Source: a virus. From it: 33,420 nt of DNA. Below the pieces are notes generated by a model that saw nothing but the letters and a program-made list of their open reading frames with translations, was not told the origin of the DNA and searched no databases. The position numbers and the translations under genes were made by a program. Shown piece after piece: positions 9,151 through 18,115 of this stretch. The stretch lies in IMG/VR virus record IMGVR_UViG_3300028859_000042; one strand, given 5' to 3'. Within the stretch, counting starts at the first letter, position 1. Each line of letters opens with the position of its first letter.

Positions 9151-9336
9151 TTATTCGTTATTATAAGATGTTATTACATCATTATCAATTTCTAAATTTA
9201 CTCTATCTGGAACGTAATCACAAGTAATTATATAATATTCTAAGTTATTTCTAACTATTCTAAAATTTACATTATTCACTTGCAGGTATTCAATTCCTTC
9301 TTTTTCTGTTTTTCCGATAATACTATCTAATTCCAT
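9151..9336 (-). CDS. small hypothetical protein
   Basis: 61 aa. Same frame as 8491..9135 but separated from it by a TAA. Confidence 0.4.
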   Translation of the reverse strand: MELDSIIGKTEKEGIEYLQVNNVNFRIVRNNLEYYIITCDYVPDRVNLEIDNDVITSYNNE

Positions 9337-9500
9337 TTTTTATTTATTTTTATTCAATTTCTATATACGATATTAGAAATTTTTTACCACCAAATTTTGT
9401 TTTAAAATATAATTTAGTATCAATAATTCTCAAATCTTTCGCATCATCAGGTAATTTATTTTTTAACTCATCACTGATATTCAACTTCTCTTTTATCATT

Positions 9501-9893
9501 TTATTTTTTATTAATTCTTTTAATATATTCTTCTATATATTTAATATCAAATTCTTGTAATACTTTATCATTTTCTGATATATTAGTATCAAAATTATTA
9601 TTTATAGTTTCTAATTTATTTTTTCGTATGTAAGATTCAATAATATTTAATTTAATATTGTATATAACTGTTGTCCTTTGAAAATCATTAATATAATCAT
9701 CATATGTAAACTGAGTAATTTCAAAATCTCTAAAAGTCATTTCTATTTCAGTGTTCCAGTATTTGAATTTAACTGTTACATCATCATCATTAATATGAGT
9801 TATTATTCCTCTTCTTTTTATATCATTAGACGGATAATAAAGCCAAACTTTATTACCAATTTTATATTTAATATCATCCGATATTTTTTTCAT
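9501..9893 (-). CDS. hypothetical protein containing an internal IESYIRKNKLETINNN tail-like motif
   Basis: 130 aa. The tail motif sits mid-protein and a second tail-like C-terminus follows, suggesting fusion of two mini-gene units. Confidence 0.5.
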   Translation of the reverse strand: MKKISDDIKYKIGNKVWLYYPSNDIKRRGIITHINDDDVTVKFKYWNTEIEMTFRDFEITQFTYDDYINDFQRTTVIYNIKLNIIESYIRKNKLETINNNFDTNISENDKVLQEFDIKYIEEYIKRINKK

Positions 9894-9894
9894 T

Positions 9895-10293
9895 TTAATT
9901 TTTTATATCATTCCAATCAATATCATCACTATCTACATATTCATCAATTTCTTGGTTTCTATATTTGGAAATAATTTCTTGCCATGTTGGTTTAACTTTC
10001 CAAATACCAAGTATATTTATATAATCAGACCATTCAATGTGATTATCAATATCATAAACTTCTTCTCTATTTTCATTAACCCATTTAACATAATTAAATG
10101 CAAATGCTTGATCTGCAACAAAAAATCCAAGGTAAATTGCGAATATAGGTTTTGTGACTTTAAACACACCTTTATAATTTCTATCTTGATATTCTTGAAA
10201 AAGAATATAATCACCGAATTTTAATTGATTACAATTATCTGAGAAAGGATTAAGTTTTTTCATAATTTTATATTTCAGTTTGTATTTTTGCAA
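9895..10293 (-). CDS. hypothetical protein
   Basis: 132-aa ORF. Confidence 0.5.
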   Translation of the reverse strand: MQKYKLKYKIMKKLNPFSDNCNQLKFGDYILFQEYQDRNYKGVFKVTKPIFAIYLGFFVADQAFAFNYVKWVNENREEVYDIDNHIEWSDYINILGIWKVKPTWQEIISKYRNQEIDEYVDSDDIDWNDIKN

Positions 10294-10450
10294 GTCCGTA
10301 TCCTAAATATCCTCCTGATACACAGCATAATATAATTGTCAATATTATATTATTCATTACAAATAAAGGATTTATAATCATAATTATAACTAATAATAAC
10401 AATGTAATTATAGATATCACAAAAGGATAATATTTTTTTGCTTTTTTCAT
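10268..10450 (-). CDS. small two-TM membrane protein
   Basis: 60 aa, MKKAKKYYPFVISIITLLLLVIIMIINPLFVMNNIILTIILCCVSGGYLGYGL. Confidence 0.45.
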   Translation of the reverse strand: MKKAKKYYPFVISIITLLLLVIIMIINPLFVMNNIILTIILCCVSGGYLGYGLAKIQTEI

Positions 10451-10455
10451 ATTTT

Positions 10456-10809
10456 TTATTTATAATTAACTTCTAAATAATGTTTTATACATTTATTTAA
10501 TAATTCTGGATGAAGAATCTTTGCTGTTTGAATAGCGTCCATTTGCATTTCTGGCTTAGTATATCTTGCTAATGCCCAATCTATGTATGCTTCATATAAA
10601 TCTTCATCTGTCTTTACATTGTGATGCCTTGCTATTCTTCTATGAATTTTAGATGCATTATAATCTCCTAAAATAAGAATAAGAATCATTTTTTCTAAAT
10701 CGTGTTTAATTACTCTTAGCAATGAAACTTTTGTGGTTTCAGTCTTCCACAATTTTAAAATTGCTATCTTATGTTTATATACTCTTTTAGATTCATCAAA
10801 TCTATTCAT
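10456..10809 (-). CDS. hypothetical protein
   Basis: 117-aa ORF with His/Arg-rich segment HRRIARHHNV. I recognise no family. Confidence 0.5.
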   Translation of the reverse strand: MNRFDESKRVYKHKIAILKLWKTETTKVSLLRVIKHDLEKMILILILGDYNASKIHRRIARHHNVKTDEDLYEAYIDWALARYTKPEMQMDAIQTAKILHPELLNKCIKHYLEVNYK

Positions 10810-10844
10810 AACTAAGTTTTTAATAATTAGAATACAAAGATAAT

Positions 10845-10881
10845 AAAAAAAGTAGAATTAAATGAATAATTCTACTTTTTT
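10845..10881. terminator. A-run/T-run-flanked hairpin 3' of ORF 10902..11201
   Basis: aaaaaaa-gtagaatta-aatgaa-taattctac-tttttt. Confidence 0.5.
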
Positions 10882-10901
10882 AACTGTTATATTATGTTAA
10901 T

Positions 10902-11201
10902 TTAATCAAATAAATTTTCAGATGTCAATTCAGAGTCATCTCCATTTTCTGATGCTTCTTTACCATATCTAATTTGATTACTATTTTTAGCTATTTTCCA
11001 AGCTTCTTTTCTATAAACAAAATTTCCTTTTGATGTTAAAAATCCTTGCTCTTTTCTATTTGGCTCATGAAATTTAGTAGAGTTACAAGAAATTTCAATT
11101 TTATTTAATGAATCATAACAATCATTATGCCTTCTACCACAAACTATTATATCATCAAATTTAATTGCTGAGCATAATATATATTCTTTATCTTCCATCA
11201 T
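10902..11201 (-). CDS. hypothetical protein
   Basis: 99-aa ORF, ILCSAIKFDDIIVCGRRHNDCYDS. Confidence 0.5.
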   Translation of the reverse strand: MMEDKEYILCSAIKFDDIIVCGRRHNDCYDSLNKIEISCNSTKFHEPNRKEQGFLTSKGNFVYRKEAWKIAKNSNQIRYGKEASENGDDSELTSENLFD

Positions 11202-11420
11202 TAAACTATTATACCATTTAATATCATAATATTTTTATATTTGTTAAAGTCAAGTTTTTGACGAATTATTTCACATTTTTTATTATATTCTTTAAGTGTT
11301 TTTGCGCCTTCGTCTACACACTGATAATGAGTTTGTACAAGAATATCAAATTCTAATTGAGCATTTTTAGCATCTTCACGTTTTTCTTATACATAAAGTA
11401 CTAGTTCTTCTGTAGTTCCG
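11200..11420 (-). ncRNA. candidate omegaRNA/reRNA region downstream of (and overlapping) the TnpB 3' end
   Basis: A 220-nt stretch immediately 3' of tnpB with no credible ORF. TnpB/Fanzor guide RNAs are encoded at this position. The last ~113 nt of tnpB plus 3 nt beyond its stop are conserved (~86% identity) in a decayed second copy at 28548-28660, which marks the element's right end near 11418. This is an inference, not a structure I can fold by eye. Confidence 0.3.
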
Positions 11421-12878
11421 TCAACTTAAACATGCACAAATTTGTACAGGAAGTGACGTTTGGATGTTGTTTGATAACATTCCTTGTCCGAACACACTAT
11501 TCTTTATAAATTTAAAGAAATCGTAGTCGCATTTAATTTTAACTGGATTACACAGTTTAAACATATAATTTTTCAGCCATGAAAAATCATTATTTTTGTT
11601 TGATTTTTTAATATGATTAACTGCACCATTTAAATCTGCATTCATTGTTTTATTTATTAGTTTGTCTGTAAACAATCCACGTTTAGAACGAACACCATTT
11701 AGTTCTTTATCTAACGGATTATTAACATCATCACTAACACAAGAACACTTGGAAGTGTAGGCTTCGTTAATTATATCTACTTGAATTCCAACTTCATTAC
11801 TTTTATATTGAATGTAATCCAATAATTTAATGAAAGGAATCTGTATGAAATTTTGTTTTACTTTATTATTTAATTTGCAGTCACCATTATATTTTAAGCT
11901 AGCTAAATTATATGATATGGTTAGGTTTGTTACTGAATTTAATTTCAAGAACTCAACTACCCTTTTACTTACTTTATGAAACTGATCATAAAAATAACGA
12001 TTCCTCTTTTCATAAAGAAATGTCTTATACTTCCTTAATTCTATTCCTCTTTGAGTCCACTTGGAAGCATATTTAATATTATTTTTACTTAAACTATATT
12101 CTATTACTTCGTTAGAAATTGATTCATTTAATTTAGCTATAAAACGATTGAATTTTGAGTTATAAGTCTTAAAGTGATTTCCATCTACAATAATTGATTT
12201 AGATTTTTTATCATCAATAAATATTGCAAGCAAATTATTGACTCCAACATCAATCCCTGCTTCTTTTATGTTCAAATTACTATTTAAAATATCTTCAGTT
12301 AAATAGTTCAAGTGTAAATAAATTTCTTTGTTTGAGTAAACTATTTTAAGGCTTTGAATGTTTTTTGGTAGAAATTCGTGTTTGAAATCAATGTAAAACA
12401 TTTTATTACTTAAGTTAATTCCAATTTTATCTTTTTTCTTGAAGGAAAATGCAATTTGATCAACTAAAATTGAATATTTTGTTACCAAGAATAGCTTTTT
12501 AGCACTGGGTGTATTTGCCTTAACTTTTTGTTTGATTTTAGTGAAAAATGCTTTATAACTTACTTTAACTCTCTTAATCAAATCAGAAATATTATGAATT
12601 TTAAGACATTTAGATAAACGAATCAACTCAATCATTTTATCATAATTTTTATATTTATCTTTAATAAACTTTACTTTGTCTTTTTCCAAACCGCCAGCAG
12701 TTTCAGCAAGAACTGCTCTCATGACTTTATAGTTAGAAAGTAAATTAAAATCTTCTTGGTTTTCCTTCAATATTATAAGGTATAAGTTTTCGAAGTGACG
12801 ATATTTGAAAATATAATCACTCATCATTTTTTTATATTTATCTTCTTTAATGTGTATTATGAAGGTTCTATTATTCAT
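11421..12878 (-). CDS. tnpB: TnpB/Fanzor-like RuvC nuclease (IS605 OrfB family)
   Basis: 485 aa. RuvC-I is GIDVGVNNLLAIF, RuvC-II is EAYTSKCSC and RuvC-III is NADLNGAVNHI, so the D/E/D triad is intact. The usual CxxC...CxxC zinc ribbon between RuvC-II and RuvC-III is degenerate, but there is a C-terminal Cys cluster (CNPVKIKC...ICAC). No TnpA partner is present. Confidence 0.8.
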   Translation of the reverse strand: MNNRTFIIHIKEDKYKKMMSDYIFKYRHFENLYLIILKENQEDFNLLSNYKVMRAVLAETAGGLEKDKVKFIKDKYKNYDKMIELIRLSKCLKIHNISDLIKRVKVSYKAFFTKIKQKVKANTPSAKKLFLVTKYSILVDQIAFSFKKKDKIGINLSNKMFYIDFKHEFLPKNIQSLKIVYSNKEIYLHLNYLTEDILNSNLNIKEAGIDVGVNNLLAIFIDDKKSKSIIVDGNHFKTYNSKFNRFIAKLNESISNEVIEYSLSKNNIKYASKWTQRGIELRKYKTFLYEKRNRYFYDQFHKVSKRVVEFLKLNSVTNLTISYNLASLKYNGDCKLNNKVKQNFIQIPFIKLLDYIQYKSNEVGIQVDIINEAYTSKCSCVSDDVNNPLDKELNGVRSKRGLFTDKLINKTMNADLNGAVNHIKKSNKNNDFSWLKNYMFKLCNPVKIKCDYDFFKFIKNSVFGQGMLSNNIQTSLPVQICACLS

Positions 12879-12887
12879 TCAATTACT

Positions 12888-12950
12888 TGATTTTATTGCG
12901 TATTATATATAAATATTTAATAATTGTTTAATTTATTTACACTTTTTTAT
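12888..12950. repeat. copy 1 of a ~60-nt direct repeat (core tatatataaatatTtaataatt)
   Basis: Lies 10-70 nt upstream of the tnpB start on the minus strand. A near-identical core recurs at 13440-13500 upstream of ORF 13107..13418. Confidence 0.5.
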
Positions 12951-13106
12951 AGTTTTGTTTAAATTTTTTGTAACTGAATCTAACCTCTTGCTCTTATGCT
13001 TTTAGCTTCACCATATTGACTATTTTCATCACCACTTGAATATGAAAAGCCAATTTCTTTTATAAATTCTTCTGTGAAAATTTTTAACATAACTTTATAT
13101 TTTTAA

Positions 13107-13418
13107 TTATATAATATTATTATCAACGCACCAATTATTAAATAATTTTTCTAACGATGGTTCAATTTTAAAAAATATAGTGATAGGTAATTTATCTATA
13201 ACCATATTTTGATAATATTTATCTAAAAAATTCAAATTCTTTTGAATTTGTGATTTAGTCATATCAATATCTTTACATCTATTAAAATATTTAATAAATG
13301 GTGATTCTAAATCAAAATATGCATATACATCAGCTTGTTCCATAATTGATATTTTAAATATTAATAATAAATTTGAATACAAAGATAATACATTATTTTT
13401 ATATACTAAAATGTGCAT
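13107..13418 (-). CDS. hypothetical protein
   Basis: 103-aa ORF bracketed by the two direct-repeat copies. Confidence 0.45.
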   Translation of the reverse strand: MHILVYKNNVLSLYSNLLLIFKISIMEQADVYAYFDLESPFIKYFNRCKDIDMTKSQIQKNLNFLDKYYQNMVIDKLPITIFFKIEPSLEKLFNNWCVDNNII

Positions 13419-13439
13419 ATAAAATAATATAATTTTTTA

Positions 13440-13500
13440 TTGTTATTTAACATTATATATAAATATGTAATAATTTTGAATGTTTTTGCTCTAAATATTT
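13440..13500. repeat. copy 2 of the ~60-nt direct repeat (core tatatataaatatGtaataatt)
   Basis: Sits in the divergent intergenic region between ORF 13107..13418 (-) and ORF 13555..13884 (+). Confidence 0.5.
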
Positions 13501-13554
13501 GGTAGATTTAAAAAAATGTAGTATTTTTGCTAATTGTCATAATAAAATAAAACT

Positions 13555-13884
13555 ATGATTTATATATTAATAATTTATTTGTTTGGATTTTTATATATTC
13601 CAAAAACATTACTCAATAAAACTGAGCCAGAAAAACTAAAATCAAAAGATTATATCATTTTCAATGGTCAACAATCATATATGAAATGCCTATTATATTT
13701 TTTTGTTTTTAATTGGATTTGTTTTTTATTTTTAAATAAAATAAGAGAAATGAGAAAAATAGATTATTATAAAGATGTTATTGATAGTTGGAATAAAAGT
13801 TATGGATTTGAAAATCTTCATGATCAAACTAAATTAGATTATATTAGAATCAGTAGATATATTAAAATTAAAAAACTAAAATGA
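13555..13884 (+). CDS. family C: TM + FNWICFLFLNKIREMRKIDYYK + ...YIKIKKLK
   Basis: 109 aa, paralog of 13881, 21556 and 21905. Confidence 0.6.
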   Translation: MIYILIIYLFGFLYIPKTLLNKTEPEKLKSKDYIIFNGQQSYMKCLLYFFVFNWICFLFLNKIREMRKIDYYKDVIDSWNKSYGFENLHDQTKLDYIRISRYIKIKKLK

Positions 13885-14219
13885 TACAGATCATACCATT
13901 TATATTTCTTATAATATATTTTACAAGTTTTTCATACATGCCTTATATTTTAGACAAAAAAACTAAACCAAAAGGAAATGACGGACTTATTGAAACTAAA
14001 TACAATGTATTATTTTGTTTTGTTAATATTTTTTGTTTTTTATTTTTGAATAAAATTAGAGAAAAAAGAAAAATAAATTTTTATAAAAATAGAATATTAC
14101 ATTATGATCAAAACTTTATAAAAATTTTTGGTTTTGAATCATTATCACCTGATGGTAAATTAGATTACAATAGAATGAAGAGGTATTTAAAACTTAAAAA
14201 AATAAATGAAAAATCATAA
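13881..14219 (+). CDS. family C paralog (NIFCFLFLNKIREKRKINFYKN ... RYLKLKKINEKS)
   Basis: 112 aa with an ATGA overlap with the upstream paralog. Confidence 0.6.
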   Translation: MIQIIPFIFLIIYFTSFSYMPYILDKKTKPKGNDGLIETKYNVLFCFVNIFCFLFLNKIREKRKINFYKNRILHYDQNFIKIFGFESLSPDGKLDYNRMKRYLKLKKINEKS

Positions 14220-14565
14220 ATCTGAGTACCATATAAATCATACAAAAATACGTTATTTAGAAAGATTTAATGAAATTTTATCTGATGATGAATATGATGA
14301 ATTATGTTCATTATTATCAATAGAAAATTCTATAAGATTAACAGCTCATAAATATAGAAACATTATTAAATTTAAAGAACATTATATTTGGTGCACGTTT
14401 AATAGATATAAATATATCATCACAGTATATTTTTTAAGCAAAAAAGAAATAATATCATACAATAATGGTAAAATAGATTATTCAAAAGCTACTTTAAAAT
14501 ATAAAGAAAAAAATGACAGAAAAAAAATATTTAAGAAAACTCAGAAACATGCTATCTCAAATTAA
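14206..14565 (+). CDS. hypothetical protein
   Basis: 119-aa ORF. Confidence 0.5.
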   Translation: MKNHKSEYHINHTKIRYLERFNEILSDDEYDELCSLLSIENSIRLTAHKYRNIIKFKEHYIWCTFNRYKYIITVYFLSKKEIISYNNGKIDYSKATLKYKEKNDRKKIFKKTQKHAISN

Positions 14566-14965
14566 TCTACATATTTACAAAGATAGTGATGAAAAAACTT
14601 ACATTGATATAATTAAAAAATATGCAATGAAGTTTATAAAAATGAAAGAAGATAATGATAATAGTGGATTAAAATATAAATTAGGTAAAATATATGTAGA
14701 TTTATATAATATCATAAAACAATATAATACAAGTGAAGAAACTATTAAACAACTTTATAATGAAGAACAAATTAAATTAGTTTTGCATAAAAGATTTGAT
14801 TATAAACAAAATCCTATTGTGAGACGTGACAATAAAGGAGTACTAATTGGTATGGGATTTGGTGGCAATAAAAATATGACAAGATATCCTAAAAAGAATC
14901 GTCCTCTAAAAGTGTGGAAAAAATTTTACGAAATGTTCCCAATTGAAGCAAAAAAAGATAATTGA
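14513..14965 (+). CDS. hypothetical protein
   Basis: 150-aa ORF that overlaps the previous ORF in a different frame. Confidence 0.5.
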   Translation: MTEKKYLRKLRNMLSQINLHIYKDSDEKTYIDIIKKYAMKFIKMKEDNDNSGLKYKLGKIYVDLYNIIKQYNTSEETIKQLYNEEQIKLVLHKRFDYKQNPIVRRDNKGVLIGMGFGGNKNMTRYPKKNRPLKVWKKFYEMFPIEAKKDN

Positions 14966-14998
14966 AATGGTAAAACATCATCTAAAATGAAATAATTT

Positions 14999-15574
14999 AT
15001 GATTGAGTACTACAATAAATATTTTAATATAATATCTGAAAATGATAGTTATAATTCTGAAATTGCATTTATTAATACAAATAATACTTGCATATTTAAA
15101 GAATCTGCATATGTTGAATATATTGAAAATAACACATTAAAATATGGAATATTCAAAATGACAGATGAATTGAAAAAAATTTATTTTGAATTTAGAAATA
15201 ATCCAGATTTTATACATAAAATAATCAAAAAAATTCAAATTTCAACAAACAATTATTCTTATATTAAAATATTAAAAGATAATATAAATCCTCAATTAGA
15301 AGGAAAAATAATGATTTTTAAATTTAAGCATAAAATTTCTGAAACTATTGGAACTTATATAATTAAAGAAAAAATAAATATTATTGGTCATACATTTAGA
15401 ATAAATTTAAATAAAAAAAGTCATTATCTCAATACTGATTATTGTTATTTCACTAATGTTGAATATTGCATTGAAGATTATAGTTTAGATATTAGAAATG
15501 ATATTCATATTAAATCTTTGAATATATTAAATATAGAAAGAAAAGAAAAAATTAAAAAATTAAATTTATTATAA
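14999..15574 (+). CDS. hypothetical protein
   Basis: 191-aa ORF. Confidence 0.5.
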   Translation: MIEYYNKYFNIISENDSYNSEIAFINTNNTCIFKESAYVEYIENNTLKYGIFKMTDELKKIYFEFRNNPDFIHKIIKKIQISTNNYSYIKILKDNINPQLEGKIMIFKFKHKISETIGTYIIKEKINIIGHTFRINLNKKSHYLNTDYCYFTNVEYCIEDYSLDIRNDIHIKSLNILNIERKEKIKKLNLL

Positions 15575-15577
15575 TTT

Positions 15578-15916
15578 ATGAAAATTATATTACTATCAAT
15601 AATTATATTTGAGTTATATGCAATAATTTCTATATATGCAAAAAAATATTTAGAGAAGAGATATAATAAAATGTATAAAGATTTTTTTATTTATGTAAAT
15701 ATTAATTTAGATTTTCCAAAGGCGTTATATTATCCTATTCATATATTATTACGTAAAAAATATGATATGAAATATAAGAAATTATATTTAAGTGCTAAAA
15801 TAGATGAAATATATTTTTATGATTTTCAATCTGACTTTATTGATAATAAATTATCTAATTTACAAAAAGAACTAAACAAAATTAATAGACAAATTAAATT
15901 AAAAAAATTAAAATGA
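15578..15916 (+). CDS. TM + tail-family protein (...QIKLKKLK)
   Basis: 112 aa with an N-terminal TM helix. First of 3 tandem copies. Confidence 0.55.
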   Translation: MKIILLSIIIFELYAIISIYAKKYLEKRYNKMYKDFFIYVNINLDFPKALYYPIHILLRKKYDMKYKKLYLSAKIDEIYFYDFQSDFIDNKLSNLQKELNKINRQIKLKKLK

Positions 15917-16350
15917 TTAATACATTTATTTTATTAGTAGAAATTGCAATTATATTATCTATATATTATCTGATAAATTCATTCATATTAAAAAATGAAC
16001 TTAAAAAATATACTAATGAATATAGAATATATTTTAAAAAAAGACATATAAATAAACATCCTATTTTATATATTTTTTTCACTATGTTTATATTTTTATA
16101 TAATAAGTATCATAAAGATGAAATTGAATATGATTTCTTAAAATATAAAGTTGAAAGATGTGATTTAATAAAAAATGATCCATATTTTATAACGCTAAAT
16201 AATAACATATCTGTTTATAAAAATAACTCTGTTTATAAAATTGATAATTTTAATATTAAAGAGGAAGAAATACGAAAAAAATTAAGATCTTGTGCATTAA
16301 AAATAAAATTAAAAAAAATAAATAAAATAGTTAATGATGATAGCAAATGA
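15913..16350 (+). CDS. TM + tail-family protein (...ALKIKLKKINK)
   Basis: 145 aa with an ATGA overlap. Confidence 0.55.
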   Translation: MINTFILLVEIAIILSIYYLINSFILKNELKKYTNEYRIYFKKRHINKHPILYIFFTMFIFLYNKYHKDEIEYDFLKYKVERCDLIKNDPYFITLNNNISVYKNNSVYKIDNFNIKEEEIRKKLRSCALKIKLKKINKIVNDDSK

Positions 16351-16681
16351 TATAATATTAATATGTTTTATAATATTTAATATTTATATAATAGTAAATT
16401 GTATATTATTTATCATTTATAAAAAATTAATTAAAAAAGGTATTGATTTTTATGAATATTTTTATGATAATAATATTAGGAAGAAAATTTTATTATATAT
16501 GTTTTTAACTATATTTATTATTTCATATAATATTTTATATAAAGATAATATTAAACTTAAGTATTATAATTATAAATTGAAAAAAATAAGATATGGAGAA
16601 GATTTTGAATCAGAATTAAATGAAATAAAAAAATTAATTCATCAGACTGAAAGAAGAATAAAAATTAAAAAATTCAAATGA
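16334..16681 (+). CDS. TM + tail-family protein (...RRIKIKKFK)
   Basis: 115 aa. Confidence 0.55.
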   Translation: MMIANDIILICFIIFNIYIIVNCILFIIYKKLIKKGIDFYEYFYDNNIRKKILLYMFLTIFIISYNILYKDNIKLKYYNYKLKKIRYGEDFESELNEIKKLIHQTERRIKIKKFK

Positions 16682-17169
16682 ATAATATATTAAAGCTAAT
16701 AACGATTTCTTTTGAAAAATATTATTATAATAATAGGAATGAATATCTTAAAATAGATTTTATTAAAAATTTTATGTATGATAATTGTGATAATATAAAT
16801 CCTACTGATTTTATTAATAAAAAAATACCAATATATTTCGTTTATGATATAAAAGATAATTTAGAATTAAAAGATATAAATATAAATGAATTTGATACTA
16901 ATGAAATTTATGATAATAAAAAACAAATTTTAGAGTTAGTCGATCAAGATAATGAAATAATTGAATGTATTGATTTTTCATTATTTTCTGATAGAAAATA
17001 TATAATATATTCAAATTTAAATAATAATATAGTATTAAAAAATAAAATATATTCAAATGATTATAAATTATTTTTATTCTATGAGGATCATAACTTTATT
17101 GTAAAATTAATATATTCTCCTAATATTAGAAAATATAAATTACAGCAAATTAAAAAGACGATAAAATGA
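16678..17169 (+). CDS. hypothetical protein
   Basis: 163-aa ORF. Confidence 0.5.
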   Translation: MNNILKLITISFEKYYYNNRNEYLKIDFIKNFMYDNCDNINPTDFINKKIPIYFVYDIKDNLELKDININEFDTNEIYDNKKQILELVDQDNEIIECIDFSLFSDRKYIIYSNLNNNIVLKNKIYSNDYKLFLFYEDHNFIVKLIYSPNIRKYKLQQIKKTIK

Positions 17170-17381
17170 AAATAGGAGATATAGTAATATATATAGGTAA
17201 AGATAATAAATTAATATATTTGAAAGAATATACTATTTATTATATAACTACAACAGGATTTAATTATATATTTTTTATGATTGATGGAATTAATGCTATG
17301 AGCATGTTTCCTATTGAAGATTTTTGTACATTAAAAGAATATAGAAAATTAAAATTAAATAAATTATGCTCAACCAAGTAA
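17166..17381 (+). CDS. family B-like (MKIGDIVIYIGKD...TLKEYRKLKLNKL)
   Basis: 71 aa. Confidence 0.55.
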   Translation: MKIGDIVIYIGKDNKLIYLKEYTIYYITTTGFNYIFFMIDGINAMSMFPIEDFCTLKEYRKLKLNKLCSTK

Positions 17382-17584
17382 AAGGAATTACAGCTAAAAC
17401 AGAATTAGATAAAAAAGCATATGAAAAATATGAAGAGTATATTGATATTCAAGGTTATTACACTCAATATACGTTAGATTTATTCTTAACTCAAAAGAAA
17501 TCTAATAAAATTAAATTATTTTATGAAATAGCTTTAAAACAATTGAGATTAGATAAATTAAATAAATTATGTATACAGAATTAG
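17366..17584 (+). CDS. family D member (...LRLDKLNKLCIQN)
   Basis: 72 aa. First of 4 tandem copies with overlapping junctions aaattATGtatacagaattag. Confidence 0.55.
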   Translation: MLNQVKGITAKTELDKKAYEKYEEYIDIQGYYTQYTLDLFLTQKKSNKIKLFYEIALKQLRLDKLNKLCIQN

Positions 17585-17763
17585 AAAAATTAAACAAGTT
17601 TGCATATGATATGTTTATATACGACATGAAAAATAAATATAGAATAAGCTATTTGACTATTTATGAATTTATTGAAAATAAAGAAATATATCATAATTAT
17701 TATGATAAAGCAAAAAAATTAATAAGAAAAGAAAAACTTAATAAAATATGCACACAAACGTAG
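17569..17763 (+). CDS. family D member (...IRKEKLNKICTQT)
   Basis: 64 aa. Confidence 0.55.
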   Translation: MYTELEKLNKFAYDMFIYDMKNKYRISYLTIYEFIENKEIYHNYYDKAKKLIRKEKLNKICTQT

Positions 17764-17939
17764 ATATGCTAGCATATGAATTATATTGTGAAAGTAGAAA
17801 TCCAAAGGATGAAGGATATTCATGCCTATGTACATTTGATTATTTTATTTATAAAAAAAATGAATATCAATTATATTATGATAAGGTTATCAGAAAAGAA
17901 AAACTTAAAGAATTAAATGAAATATGTACACAGAATTAG
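17748..17939 (+). CDS. family D member (...IRKEKLKELNEICTQN)
   Basis: 63 aa. Confidence 0.55.
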   Translation: MHTNVDMLAYELYCESRNPKDEGYSCLCTFDYFIYKKNEYQLYYDKVIRKEKLKELNEICTQN

Positions 17940-18115
17940 ATAAATTGACATATAAATTATATTCAGAATATATGATGTCTGAAAGATGTATTATTTGGAA
18001 TGATATTGAATATTTTATAAAACGTAAAGATTCATATCATGATTATTTCAATGACGCTATAATTAAATTAAGAAAAGAAAAACTCAATACTATATCAAAA
18101 TATGTGCAAATTTAA
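17924..18115 (+). CDS. family D member (...LRKEKLNTISKYVQI)
   Basis: 63 aa. Confidence 0.55.
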   Translation: MYTELDKLTYKLYSEYMMSERCIIWNDIEYFIKRKDSYHDYFNDAIIKLRKEKLNTISKYVQI

